A stretch of DNA of 63,991 nt, the filler included, from Acetivibrio sp. (GTDB lineage: Bacteria > Bacillota > Clostridia > Acetivibrionales > Acetivibrionaceae): NCBI RefSeq assembly GCF_035371925.1. It is 14 parts of 14 records of this genome, joined end to end, with 100 filler letters (N's around TTAATTAATTAA, not from the genome) between each part and the next. Parts side by side here need not be neighbours in the genome. Positions count along the whole stretch, not along the records: positions 1 to 5,336 come from NZ_DAORXT010000135.1; positions 5,437 to 10,764 come from NZ_DAORXT010000136.1; 12 more parts are not named here. The stretch is one strand, 5' to 3'. The notes under the pieces are model-generated. The model was not told the origin of the DNA. It did no database searches and saw only the letters and a program-made list of their open reading frames with translations. Numbering within the stretch: the first letter of the stretch is position 1; every line of letters starts with the position of its first letter. A program made the position numbers and the translations under genes. Shown piece by piece: positions 1 to 9,813 of this stretch.

Positions 1-66
1 CCCTTGCTCCAACCCCTGCTGTATGAAAGCTTTATCTCCTATATAGCACTGTTATCGTCTCCACGT
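1..66 (-). mobile_element. Probable end/att junction of an integrative element that replaces the 3' end of the histidine kinase gene
   Basis: On the minus strand the kinase reads ...STVKG then switches to HVETITVLYRR*, which resembles the RlmD/RumA C-terminal HVETVVLMSR tail used as an att site by Firmicute elements. It is followed by AAGC-N11-AGGGGTTGGAG. Confidence 0.4.
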
Positions 67-1396
67 GCCCCTTTACCGTGGATATAATGTCCGCCATGTA
101 CCCGCAGTAAGGCTTTATTCTGCCTATCCAATCCCTCATTTCGGCGGCAATTTCATAATGGTCCTCACTGGTCACCTGAGGGTCTCCTATGGAAATGTCA
201 TACTCGTCTATAAGATCCTTTAATGCCTCAAGACCTCCGGCTATTGACATTATGGGAGTTTTGAAATTATGGGCAATTCCTCCTATTAACTGCCCCAATG
301 AAGCAAGTCTTTCTCTCTCCAATGCAATGGAATGTCTTTCCGAATAGCTTCTGTTGAGATACCGGTTGTAAAAAGCAGTTGCCAGTCCTATAAGGACGAA
401 ACCCAAGACAACACATCCAAGACCTATGAAAAACAGGCGCATTCCCGTTTCGATAACGCTGGTTCTAATCTTCAATACCGGGGTAATTTCAACTATTATC
501 CATCCAAGCTCGGTTCCTTTTATCTCGGGAATAGTATTGTAAGTCACAAGGTACTCCACGCCGTCTATCTCTTTTATGTCCACATTCTTATTCTCAACCA
601 GCATATCTTCGATAAATTCAAGATCTGCCTTTTTACCGTTCTTAAGCCTGTCATAGGGATTTAAAACATAATTTCCGTCACTTCCGATTATATAGATTTT
701 TCCGTTGTCACTGGGCTTGATATCTGCTATGAGACTGAAAAGATACTCTTCTTTAATGTTTATAATCAGAATTCCCTGACTCTTCAGACTGGTGAAAGAA
801 TATATTCCCTTTATTATCGAAAAAACCTGTACATTTTTAGAATGTTGGGGAGTATCCAATGTGTACGTATTGAGCCACAATGACTGCTTATTGCTTTCTT
901 TAAGCGCTTTTACCGCATAAAAGTCATTTATATTTTCATCAACATCCGGCTTTATCTCTCCCGATGTTATATAAGTTCCCCCGTTTGATACGACAGCAAT
1001 ATTAGCTATTTCCTTCCTCTTTTTTGTATAATTGTTTAAAATCTCTTCAATCTTTCTTTTGTTTTCGTCTCTCAAACTGATATCCTCAATGCTGTCGTGC
1101 ATGCCTACATACTCTGCCAGTGCATTGTCTCTTGACATAGTCATCGCCAGTTCATCAAAGCTTGTCAAAATCACCTGTATGTTATTGGATGTTTGTTTGA
1201 TAAGTTCGCTTGAGCTGGCCTTTGCGTAATTTAACATGGAGTTTGAAATCTCGCGAAGGGAAGCTAAGCCTACCGCAAATAAGGAAATTACAACTATTAC
1301 TGTAAAACCAAGGTTTAGCCTCCATGCTGTGCTGATTTTCTCCTTTTCAAGCCCCCCTATAATCTCGGGCGTTCCCTTTTTGCGTCCAAAAAGCAT
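32..1396 (-). CDS. Membrane sensor histidine kinase (TM-dCache-TM-HisKA), C-terminally truncated with no HATPase domain
   Basis: Two TM segments flank a Cache-like region. H-box LASLGQLIGGIAHNFKTP is present. The ORF stops about 80 aa after the His with no N/G1/F/G2 boxes. Confidence 0.8.
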   Translation of the reverse strand: MLFGRKKGTPEIIGGLEKEKISTAWRLNLGFTVIVVISLFAVGLASLREISNSMLNYAKASSSELIKQTSNNIQVILTSFDELAMTMSRDNALAEYVGMHDSIEDISLRDENKRKIEEILNNYTKKRKEIANIAVVSNGGTYITSGEIKPDVDENINDFYAVKALKESNKQSLWLNTYTLDTPQHSKNVQVFSIIKGIYSFTSLKSQGILIINIKEEYLFSLIADIKPSDNGKIYIIGSDGNYVLNPYDRLKNGKKADLEFIEDMLVENKNVDIKEIDGVEYLVTYNTIPEIKGTELGWIIVEITPVLKIRTSVIETGMRLFFIGLGCVVLGFVLIGLATAFYNRYLNRSYSERHSIALERERLASLGQLIGGIAHNFKTPIMSIAGGLEALKDLIDEYDISIGDPQVTSEDHYEIAAEMRDWIGRIKPYCGYMADIISTVKGHVETITVLYRR

Positions 1397-1629
1397 AGAA
1401 ATAATCCCCCTATGCAGAATTTAGAATCCGGAACACAGAAACATCAGACGCTGATTTAATACTTAATGAAAATTGATTTGCAATAAAACAGCTATATGAT
1501 ATTAATCGGATTGTAAGTGATTTTGAATGACTATCATTTTACTACACAACTTATAATTCTACATTAGACGGGGATTTTCCTCTTTCACTGCTATCTTATT
1601 TATGTTTAAAACTTTGCAGCTTAAAATAT

Positions 1630-2847
1630 TCAGCTTCTAAACAGCACCTTCTCTTTTTTAAACAGCGCGGCTGCAAGCCACAAGGTAATAACAACATATA
1701 CCGCTGATGAACCAAGAGCCATTAACAAATAGCTATAGTTGATGCTTCCGCCAAGCACTATTTTAAAAGCCGACAACGTATTCATAACAGGCACAAGAAA
1801 CATATATACCGGGATGTCGTTTGGCTGCATAAGCATTGTGGCAAAAGCCGGCATCATGACTATTATCATCAGAAAAGACATGTAGGTTTGAGCCTCTTTA
1901 AAGGATTTTGCATAGGTACTTAAGGCTATCTGCAGGCCCGAAAAAGTCATTCCGAGAGTTATTGAAATTACAACAACCAAAAGAAACGCCAAGGGCGGTA
2001 TGCCAAACCCGGTAATGTCAGTACCGACTCCCATAGCCATGGAAGACGGGTTAATCATAAAGCCTGCAACTGCGCCTATCATTGTGGCAACAACCGATAC
2101 AAAAGAAAACAATGTTACGGCCAGATACTTGCCCAAAAGAAGGGAGGACCTGTTGGGCTTGGTGGTAAGCAAAGGTTCAAACGTATTCCTCTCCTTTTCG
2201 CCTGCCACAAGGTCTGTAGCCGCAGCAATACCGCCGGATGCCATCAAAATCACAAGCATCATGGGAAGGGACACTGCCAAAATACTTCCTCGTGTCTTTT
2301 CCTCATCGGCTATATTGCTTTCCTCAATTACCACAGGTGTCAATATCCCCGGGTCTATTCCCAAGGAATCAAGCCTCTTTATTGCCGTTATGCTATTAAA
2401 ATCTTCAATGGCATTCCATATTATACCAAGGCTTCCCTCCGACTTTGCTTGGGACTTGTCATATATAAGCTTTATTACAAAGGGTTTGCCTTCGGCGAAT
2501 TTTGTGGCATAATCCTTCTCAAAATCCAACACCACCCTAACCTTTGATTCGCTAATAGCCTTTATCGGGTCATCTACATCAATAAGGCTTATGTTGGGAT
2601 AGTCCCTGAATATCTGATTTTTTACTATATCCTTAATCTCATCGGTGTTGGACTCATGGGTCAATGCTACGGTAACATTTTCGCTTATATCCCTGCTGAG
2701 CTTTTCTATACTTCCCCCAACAAGCATACTCAATAAAGGAATCAACAGCATCGGAACAAATATACTGGTAAGAAGAGTCTTTCTATCCCTTACAATATCC
2801 TTTACCTCTTTTTTGAATACAATCCACACATGCCTGCTAGCCTTCAT
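1630..2847 (-). CDS. ABC-2 type permease, NatB-like (Na+ extrusion family)
   Basis: KKEVKDIVRDRKT start, GEKERNTFEPLLTTKP motif, about 6 C-terminal TMs. Start moved to the ATG at 2847, overlapping the ATPase stop. Confidence 0.85.
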   Translation of the reverse strand: MKASRHVWIVFKKEVKDIVRDRKTLLTSIFVPMLLIPLLSMLVGGSIEKLSRDISENVTVALTHESNTDEIKDIVKNQIFRDYPNISLIDVDDPIKAISESKVRVVLDFEKDYATKFAEGKPFVIKLIYDKSQAKSEGSLGIIWNAIEDFNSITAIKRLDSLGIDPGILTPVVIEESNIADEEKTRGSILAVSLPMMLVILMASGGIAAATDLVAGEKERNTFEPLLTTKPNRSSLLLGKYLAVTLFSFVSVVATMIGAVAGFMINPSSMAMGVGTDITGFGIPPLAFLLVVVISITLGMTFSGLQIALSTYAKSFKEAQTYMSFLMIIVMMPAFATMLMQPNDIPVYMFLVPVMNTLSAFKIVLGGSINYSYLLMALGSSAVYVVITLWLAAALFKKEKVLFRS

Positions 2848-3568
2848 TTCTGCCACCTGCCAATTTGATAAATATATTCTCAAGGTTCTCATCGCCATGT
2901 CTTGATTTTATTTCATCAAGGGTACCGGCCTCTACAAGCCTTCCCTTGTGAATTATGCCAATACGGTCGCAAAGTTTTTCAACCTCACTCATGCTGTGAC
3001 TTGAAAAAATCACTGTTTTACCTTCTTTTCTGCAAGCTGCAATAAATTCATGCACGTCTCTTATTGCACTGACATCAAGTCCTGAAGTAGGCTCATCTAA
3101 AAGCATTATTTTCGGGTCATGCACTATTGCCCTGGCAAATGCTACCTTCTGCTTCATTCCTTTCGAGAGCTTTCCTGCTTTTCTTGTCAAATATTCCTCC
3201 ATGTTGAAGACCTTTGCAAGCTCCCTAATCCTCTCTTTTATTTGAGTCCTGCTCATATCGTTCAATTCGCCGAAATATGCAATGTTTTCTTCGCATGTCA
3301 ACCTGTCGTAAAGCCCTGTTTCTCCGCCAAAAAGAATCCCAATGCTGCTCCTTACTTTCTGAGGTTCTTTCACAATATCCCAGCCCGCCATTGTCGCAGT
3401 ACCGGAAGTGGGCTTCAGCATGGTCGCAAGCATTCTTAGTGTCGTTGTTTTTCCGGCTCCATTTTCTCCTAGCAAGCCAAACACTTCACCCTTTTTTACT
3501 TCAAAGCTGATATCGCTGACTGCCGCAATATTGCCAAACTGTTTGGATAAAGACTGTATACTGATCAT
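2837..3568 (-). CDS. ABC transporter ATP-binding protein, NatA-like
   Basis: Walker A GENGAGKT, signature LSKGMKQ, Walker B LLDEPT, H-loop SSH; coupled to the permease. Confidence 0.92.
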   Translation of the reverse strand: MISIQSLSKQFGNIAAVSDISFEVKKGEVFGLLGENGAGKTTTLRMLATMLKPTSGTATMAGWDIVKEPQKVRSSIGILFGGETGLYDRLTCEENIAYFGELNDMSRTQIKERIRELAKVFNMEEYLTRKAGKLSKGMKQKVAFARAIVHDPKIMLLDEPTSGLDVSAIRDVHEFIAACRKEGKTVIFSSHSMSEVEKLCDRIGIIHKGRLVEAGTLDEIKSRHGDENLENIFIKLAGGRNEG

Positions 3569-3675
3569 GCAAACAACCCTTGCCTTTCTTTGTTATCCGT
3601 AATCTTCCATTTTTTCTTTATTTTTAATCCTTCTGCTAAAAGAAGATTTTCCTTTGAATTCTAATCTTGTTGCAT

Positions 3676-4386
3676 CTATTCTCCCGATATTAGCGCCTCG
3701 GCAAATGTCAAATCTTCCCTGGTGGTTATTTTTATGTTGTTGTAGCTTCCCATAACCAGCCTGGTGCGTATTCCCATTCTCTCCACAAGAACGGTGTCGT
3801 CAGTACCGTAAAACCCGTCATCGGCTGCTTTTTTGTGAGCCTTCATTATTACATCCTTTAAAAAGGCCTGGGGCGTCTGAATAGCCCAAAGGGTGCTCCT
3901 TTCCAGAGTCTCCTTTACAAATCCCCCGCTATCCGCCGACTTTATCGTATCCTTGACAGGTACTGCCGCCGTAGAAGCTCCAAACTCTTCGGCTGCCTCA
4001 ATGCAGTTTTCGATAATTTCCTCGTTTATAAACGGCCTTGCCCCGTCATGTATAACCACAATATCAGATTCAACGCTTACCTGAAGAAGACCGTTATACA
4101 CGGAATCCTGTCTTTGGGCTCCGCCTGCCACCAGCATCTTTACCTTTTTCAAGTTATAAGCCTCTACAACATTCTCTTTGCAGTAAAACATATCGCTATT
4201 GCCGACTACCAAAACCACCTCATCTATCAAAAAACAGTCTTCAAAAACCTTAAGGGTTCTTGCAAGAAGCGGTATTCCGCCCACGTTGATATACTGCTTG
4301 TTGACATCCATGTTCATACGGGTTCCTTTTCCCGCTGCCACAACAACCGCGCTAACCCGAATCTTTTTATCCTTTTTCATTACCAA
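3676..4386 (-). CDS. ispD: 2-C-methyl-D-erythritol 4-phosphate cytidylyltransferase
   Basis: AAGKGTRM, NKQY, RQDSVYNGL, IHDGARP, QTPQAF and NIKITT motifs. Confidence 0.95.
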   Translation of the reverse strand: MVMKKDKKIRVSAVVVAAGKGTRMNMDVNKQYINVGGIPLLARTLKVFEDCFLIDEVVLVVGNSDMFYCKENVVEAYNLKKVKMLVAGGAQRQDSVYNGLLQVSVESDIVVIHDGARPFINEEIIENCIEAAEEFGASTAAVPVKDTIKSADSGGFVKETLERSTLWAIQTPQAFLKDVIMKAHKKAADDGFYGTDDTVLVERMGIRTRLVMGSYNNIKITTREDLTFAEALISGE

Positions 4387-4577
4387 ACTCTCCCGGAAGA
4401 TGTTCTAATTTTTTAAAATTATATCATATTATTCTTTCAATTATAATAATTATGAAAAAAATCAAGGCAAAAATGTGCAAAAAAGCTTCATACACAGTAT
4501 GGCAGCTTGGTTGCAAACAAAAAAATAAAGCTGTACAAGACAGCTTTACCAAGAGTTTAGAAGAATCTCGTTTAAAA

Positions 4578-5057
4578 CTATATAAATTTATTAATGATGC
4601 CCTCAATCTCCATTGCATTCATATTTTTCGCCAGCACCAATTCGCTGATAAGTATTTGTTTTGCACTATGTAGCATTTTCTTTTCGCCGGTAGAAAGCCC
4701 TTTTTCCTTGTCCCTCAGCATCAGGCAGCGAACGACATCGGCCACTTCATAAATATTGCCGCTTTTAATCTTGCCCATGTTTTCCCTGTATCGCTTGTTC
4801 CAGTTTGCATTTGATGGAAGAGTTTTATTTTTAAGTATCAGAAAAACCTTCTCGGCGTCCTCTTCGCTTATAACTTCCCTTATACCAATACCATCGACAT
4901 TTTGAGTCGGTATCATTACCTTCATTTCACCGATGGGAATTTTTACAACATAATAACTTTGCTTGTTTCCTAAAATTTCTTTCTCTTCAATAGATTCTAT
5001 TACTCCCGCACCATGCATAGGGTACACAATTTTGTCACCAATATTGTACATATACAC
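4578..5057 (-). CDS. carD: CarD family transcriptional regulator
   Basis: YNIGDKIVYPMHGAGVI N-terminus; NWNKRYR and LSTGEKKML motifs. Confidence 0.92.
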   Translation of the reverse strand: MYMYNIGDKIVYPMHGAGVIESIEEKEILGNKQSYYVVKIPIGEMKVMIPTQNVDGIGIREVISEEDAEKVFLILKNKTLPSNANWNKRYRENMGKIKSGNIYEVADVVRCLMLRDKEKGLSTGEKKMLHSAKQILISELVLAKNMNAMEIEGIINKFI

Positions 5058-5336
5058 TCCTCCATTAAAACAAAAAACAAAATACTATTGGAATCTCTAA
5101 TATATATTTCTTATCTTGTCTTCATTTGTAGTGTTTTGATGTAAAAAAACAAGAGCAATGAAATCATTCAGGATGGCATATCCCCATATATTTAGTATAC
5201 TACAAACTCATTTTATTGTCAAAATATTTTATTGTAGCACGCTATAGCATCTGTGTCAACAACATTTTTTGTCATACAATGAAATTTTAAATTGCAAGTT
5301 TAATTGCCTTACAAAATCTTACAGAACCCTGTTTTA

Positions 5337-5436
5337 NNNNNNNNNNNNNNNNNNNNNNNNNNNNNNNNNNNNNNNNNNNNTTAATTAATTAANNNNNNNN
5401 NNNNNNNNNNNNNNNNNNNNNNNNNNNNNNNNNNNN
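5337..5436. other. Artificial contig-joining spacer (first of 13)
   Basis: 44 N + TTAATTAATTAA (stops in six frames) + 44 N. Others at 10765-10864, 16140-16239, 21368-21467, 26230-26329, 31060-31159, 35757-35856, 40430-40529, 44958-45057, 49209-49308, 53436-53535, 57414-57513, 61352-61451. Confidence 0.99.
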
Positions 5437-5515
5437 TTGTGGGAAACAGGATTAGTTATATAAAAAATACTTTTAACATTAATGTATTTATATTGAAGTT
5501 TAGGGGGTAATGTAA

Positions 5516-8500
5516 GTGAAAAAAATGCTTGCCATTTTCATGGCTTTAGTTCTTCTTATGCAAATTGCATTTACCAATGTTTGCTTTGCTGCATCAACAT
5601 CTAATACTATAACAGTCAAAGGACGTTTAACCTACAAATATAAGAATTCTATGTCGGATACTGAAAAAACAGCTCCATTGAAAAATTTTACTGTGATACT
5701 GTATGATAAGGATATTTTTAGCAGTGAAAAACTTGGGGAAACAAAAACCGACAGTAACGGTAATTTTGTTTTTAAATCGATTAATACTGATGATGGATGG
5801 CTTGGAGGTGGAGTAGATTTATATTTTGTTGTTAAAGCTGAGGATGAATTTTCCTATGTAGTTGAAATAGATTATACGTCAGATCAGGTGGACAATGTTA
5901 CAACGGACTATGATTTCGGAGAAGTTAATATAGGACTGAATGCACCTTTTCATATTGTAAATACTATTCGCAAAGCAGCTGAGGTATGGATGGCGGGTAA
6001 ACCTGATTTTGACTGTAAACCTCCAAAGGTTAAAGTTGTATGGAAAGATGATTCTTATAGTGGAGGAACACGCTGTGGAAAGGATACTATGTATATACAG
6101 TCAATTAAAACTGATACCGACGAGTGGGACCAAACTGTAATTTGGCATGAATACGGACACTTTTTAATGAGCAATTTTGCAGAACAGCCTAAAGGAGCCG
6201 GTGGAAGTCATAACACTATCGGGGTTTATAATAAAGGTTTGGCATATTCAGAAGGATGGGCAACATATTTCGGACAATATGTTGACGGAACTCCCAATTA
6301 CAGGGATTCCAATGCTAGTGGGGGACTTTATAATGAGATAGAGACACCGAATCCAGATGTTCCGAATGAAGGTAATGAATATGCGAATGCGGCGACTTTA
6401 TGGGATATAACGGATACGGTTAATGAAAGCCATGACAAATTAAGTGAGAGCTTTACACTTGTACAGAATGTATTTCACGAAAAAGTAGCATCTACAGGTA
6501 AATACAATCAAGGTCTTAGTGATTTTTGGACAAATTGGTTTGCCAAGGGGTACGCTAAGGGAAAAGAATATGAAATATGGAGCATTTTTAATCGTCACGG
6601 AATGCAGTTTGACAATGAACCGCCAAAGGTATCGTTTAAGAAACTTCCCAGTGAATTAATTACTAAGGACACTGAGGTTGAAGTTAATGCCACAGATAAT
6701 ATCAGGGTTGAAAAAGTGGAATTTTATGTTGACGGAGTATTAAAATCAACTTGTACTGCACCACCGTACAAATTTGTTATAAAAAAGGGAGAATACCCTA
6801 AAGGTAAACATATACTTCAAGCAAAGGCATATGATCCGGCAGGTCTTTATCAGACAGCTACAACTGGTGGATTCCAAGAGGCTGATATAGTATCTGATGT
6901 AAAAGTGGCAAAACCGGTTTATAGCAATTTAACGGGCATGGATTTTTTAACTAATACAATACTGCAGCAAATCAGAGAAGCCTTTGGTGTGGCATATCAG
7001 CCGTTTATAGTAGGTGATGGTGAAGAAGCAATAGCAGTTACAACAAAACATTGGGATGATATAGGTAGTATTCTTAAAGGAATGGGTAAGAGCTTTATTG
7101 AAATAAATGATGCTTCACTGGTGACCTATGACGACATAAAAATCTATGATTCTATTTTCTTGAACTGTAATTCCGGAGCAATCAGCTATGCAGGAAGAGC
7201 GGCATCTTCTATTGAAAGATTTGTTAGAGAAGGTGGGACAGTTTATGCCTCGGATCGTGCATATGCTTATATTGATAAAGCTTTTCCCGGGTACATAAAG
7301 TTTCCGTATAGTCCGTATATAGGAAGAGCTCAAAAAGTGAATGCAACAATCACGGATAAGGGATTAGCCAGTTATCTTGGGAACGAAAATATTAAAATAA
7401 ATTACGATTTGAGCGGTTGGGTTGTTATTGAATCGGTAAGTCCCGATGTTACAACTCATGTGACAGGAGATTATTATAACGATTTTGGTATTTTGATAAA
7501 GGGAGCACCTTTATTGGTTTCTTTTCCTTATGGAAAGGGAAAGGTTATCTATACTACTTTCCATAATGAAAGGCAAATAACTGACGAAGTGGCAAAGATA
7601 CTTGAGTATTTGGTTCTTAAAGTTACTCATAACATTCCGGAGAACAATGTAATAGATATAATCAATAAGTTTGATTATTTACCGATGAGTATTATGTTTT
7701 CAACACTTAGTCAAGGTGAAGAGTCAGAGATGTACAAGTTTAACTGCAAGCCTGGTTATGACTATCTTTTGACGATGGATAGCTATGGCGGAGATTATGA
7801 TATAGAATTGTACAAACCGGATGGTACTTTATATTCCATTATACAGAACCCTATGCTATCCAACGGAATATATATTATGAATCCTGAAGCTGGAGAATGG
7901 GGATATAAAGTATTGGCAAAAGAGGTATATTTTGATGATGCGGCTTTTGTGGTGGGAATAGGAGAAAGCTTAAGAACACCAAGTATTACAAATCTGGAAG
8001 AGTTTACAAATAAACCTTTTGTTGATATAGAAGGTGTAGCACCGGGATATTCGAAAATTGAACTGGTAGTGAAAAATGGGGAGAATTCCGACCGCTACAA
8101 TACAAGTGTCAATGACAGTGTATTTAATTTTTCCGATGTAATGCTTTATGAAGGAACAAATGAACTTACTGTATGCGGCAGTGTATATCGAGAAAGTGTC
8201 ATTAATAGTGTTTATGGCAATCCGGACTTAAAAATACGGGAGTATATTATAGAATGCGATTTTACAGAACCCATAATAGAATTTGATTATGAATATGATG
8301 AAATTGTATATGTTGATGAGATTGAAATATCAGGCTCGGTGTCTGAGGAATGCAGTGTAATAATTAACGGTCAAGAGGCAGAGTTGGTTTATGGCAAAAT
8401 AGGCACCAATCCGCATTTTGATTTGACAGTAAATCTTAGTAAAGGTGAAAATGTCTTTACAATAAAGGCTGTTGATAAAGCAGGTAATGAATCAGTAACT

Positions 8501-9541
8501 ACTTTGAGCATTTATAGGGATGAAAATATATCCAATGAAACCAATCCACCTAAAGTTGTAAGTATTAATTTGTCAGAGGAACAGATCGTGTCCGATGATT
8601 ATGTCATAGAGATCGTTGCTGAAGATGAGAGTGACTATGTTATAAGAGCAGCAATTGATGAAATTGAGGTGGATGCAAAAGATGGAAATAGATTTACATT
8701 GGAAAATCAAAAAGAAGGTAAACATCTGTTCAGTTATGCTGTTATTGATAGATGGGACAATATGACAACCGGTGAGGTGACTTTTTACATCTCAAAGGGT
8801 AGTTCCACACCTGCGAGTCCCTCAACACCAAAATCCAAATCTACAACTTCGAAAGAAAAAACACCAATACCGACACCTACACCAACATATACACCAACAC
8901 CAACACCTACACCAACGCCTACAACGGATATACCTGCTACAGAAAAAGAACAAATAAAAGAACCGAACGATGAAATTCCTACTGGGTTTATCTTTAGTGA
9001 TGCTATAAATCATTGGGCAAAAGACTATATATATAGTCTCCACTCAAAAGGGATAATTAACGGATATCCCGATGGCACAGTTAAGCCGGATAATGAAATT
9101 ACTCGTGCAGAAGTGGCAGTAATTTTGGCTAAAGCTATAGGAATTGATTTAAAAAATTCTACGAAGGCAGATTTTAAGGATTTTGATGAAATACCTGAGT
9201 TTGCAGTTCAGTCAGTGAATGCTTTATATGAAAAAGGAATTTTCATTGGATATGAAGATGGGAGCTTTCGTCCATATAATAAAATAACTAGAGCTGAATT
9301 AATTACTGCAGTTTCAAAAGCATATAAAATTGAGCCTGTTGGTTCAACTACAAATGACTTTGCAGATTTTGAAGTAATACCGCAATGGGCATTAGGTTAT
9401 ATTAATGCTGCCGTTGAGAAAGGAATTATTAAAGGTTATCCGGATTTAACTTTCAGACCGCAAAGTAATATCAAGCGCAGTGAAGTATTTGCGGTTATAT
9501 ACAATTGCATATCTTGGTATGATAAACAAAGTAAAAATTAA
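5516..9541 (+). CDS. Secreted S-layer (3x SLH) multidomain protein with a putative zinc metallopeptidase domain
   Basis: Signal peptide; WHEYGH (6146-6160) with downstream YSEGWA; Ig-like domains; class I GATase-like segment; PPC-like segment; (PT)n linker; three SLH repeats (GIINGYPDGTVKPDNEITRAE etc.). Confidence 0.8.
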   Translation: MKKMLAIFMALVLLMQIAFTNVCFAASTSNTITVKGRLTYKYKNSMSDTEKTAPLKNFTVILYDKDIFSSEKLGETKTDSNGNFVFKSINTDDGWLGGGVDLYFVVKAEDEFSYVVEIDYTSDQVDNVTTDYDFGEVNIGLNAPFHIVNTIRKAAEVWMAGKPDFDCKPPKVKVVWKDDSYSGGTRCGKDTMYIQSIKTDTDEWDQTVIWHEYGHFLMSNFAEQPKGAGGSHNTIGVYNKGLAYSEGWATYFGQYVDGTPNYRDSNASGGLYNEIETPNPDVPNEGNEYANAATLWDITDTVNESHDKLSESFTLVQNVFHEKVASTGKYNQGLSDFWTNWFAKGYAKGKEYEIWSIFNRHGMQFDNEPPKVSFKKLPSELITKDTEVEVNATDNIRVEKVEFYVDGVLKSTCTAPPYKFVIKKGEYPKGKHILQAKAYDPAGLYQTATTGGFQEADIVSDVKVAKPVYSNLTGMDFLTNTILQQIREAFGVAYQPFIVGDGEEAIAVTTKHWDDIGSILKGMGKSFIEINDASLVTYDDIKIYDSIFLNCNSGAISYAGRAASSIERFVREGGTVYASDRAYAYIDKAFPGYIKFPYSPYIGRAQKVNATITDKGLASYLGNENIKINYDLSGWVVIESVSPDVTTHVTGDYYNDFGILIKGAPLLVSFPYGKGKVIYTTFHNERQITDEVAKILEYLVLKVTHNIPENNVIDIINKFDYLPMSIMFSTLSQGEESEMYKFNCKPGYDYLLTMDSYGGDYDIELYKPDGTLYSIIQNPMLSNGIYIMNPEAGEWGYKVLAKEVYFDDAAFVVGIGESLRTPSITNLEEFTNKPFVDIEGVAPGYSKIELVVKNGENSDRYNTSVNDSVFNFSDVMLYEGTNELTVCGSVYRESVINSVYGNPDLKIREYIIECDFTEPIIEFDYEYDEIVYVDEIEISGSVSEECSVIINGQEAELVYGKIGTNPHFDLTVNLSKGENVFTIKAVDKAGNESVTTLSIYRDENISNETNPPKVVSINLSEEQIVSDDYVIEIVAEDESDYVIRAAIDEIEVDAKDGNRFTLENQKEGKHLFSYAVIDRWDNMTTGEVTFYISKGSSTPASPSTPKSKSTTSKEKTPIPTPTPTYTPTPTPTPTPTTDIPATEKEQIKEPNDEIPTGFIFSDAINHWAKDYIYSLHSKGIINGYPDGTVKPDNEITRAEVAVILAKAIGIDLKNSTKADFKDFDEIPEFAVQSVNALYEKGIFIGYEDGSFRPYNKITRAELITAVSKAYKIEPVGSTTNDFADFEVIPQWALGYINAAVEKGIIKGYPDLTFRPQSNIKRSEVFAVIYNCISWYDKQSKN

Positions 9542-9606
9542 AAAGAGTAATATTGAGGATTAAAAGGGTAATATAATAAAAAATTATTTATCATTTCAAA
9601 AGATTT

Positions 9607-9663
9607 AAACCTTCCTATACTGAATACTGGATATAATTCTGTAACAGTAAGGAAGGTTTTTTG
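9607..9663 (+). terminator. Rho-independent terminator
   Basis: AAACCTTCCT(A)TACTG ... CAGTAAGGAAGGTTT followed by a T-run, after the SLH protein gene. Confidence 0.65.
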
Positions 9664-9813
9664 TTTGATTCAGTACTGAAGGATTTTAGCTAAAGTATTG
9701 ATAAATAATGTTAAAATACCGATATATATGATATAATAATTTACATGTCGGCATATAATTCCCTGCAGAGAACTGACGGGTTTTATGCAATTTTTTGTTT
9801 GAGGTGAGATGAA

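Noticed and set aside
4387..4577. No PIN/TRAM gene between carD and ispD
   Set aside because: I cannot confirm from memory that this lineage normally has it here.
5290..5336. TTACAAAATCTTACAGAACCC near the contig end, resembling an IS inverted repeat
   Set aside because: Single occurrence, pointing the wrong way for an overhang into an IS, with no transposase.
8860..8935. ACACCA-type tandem repeats
   Set aside because: Ordinary Pro-Thr linker typical of these bacteria.
9748..9790. Hairpin GCATATAATTCCC...GGGTTTTATGC upstream of the DUF853 gene
   Set aside because: Does not match purine, fluoride or c-di-GMP riboswitch consensus as I know them; weak stem.
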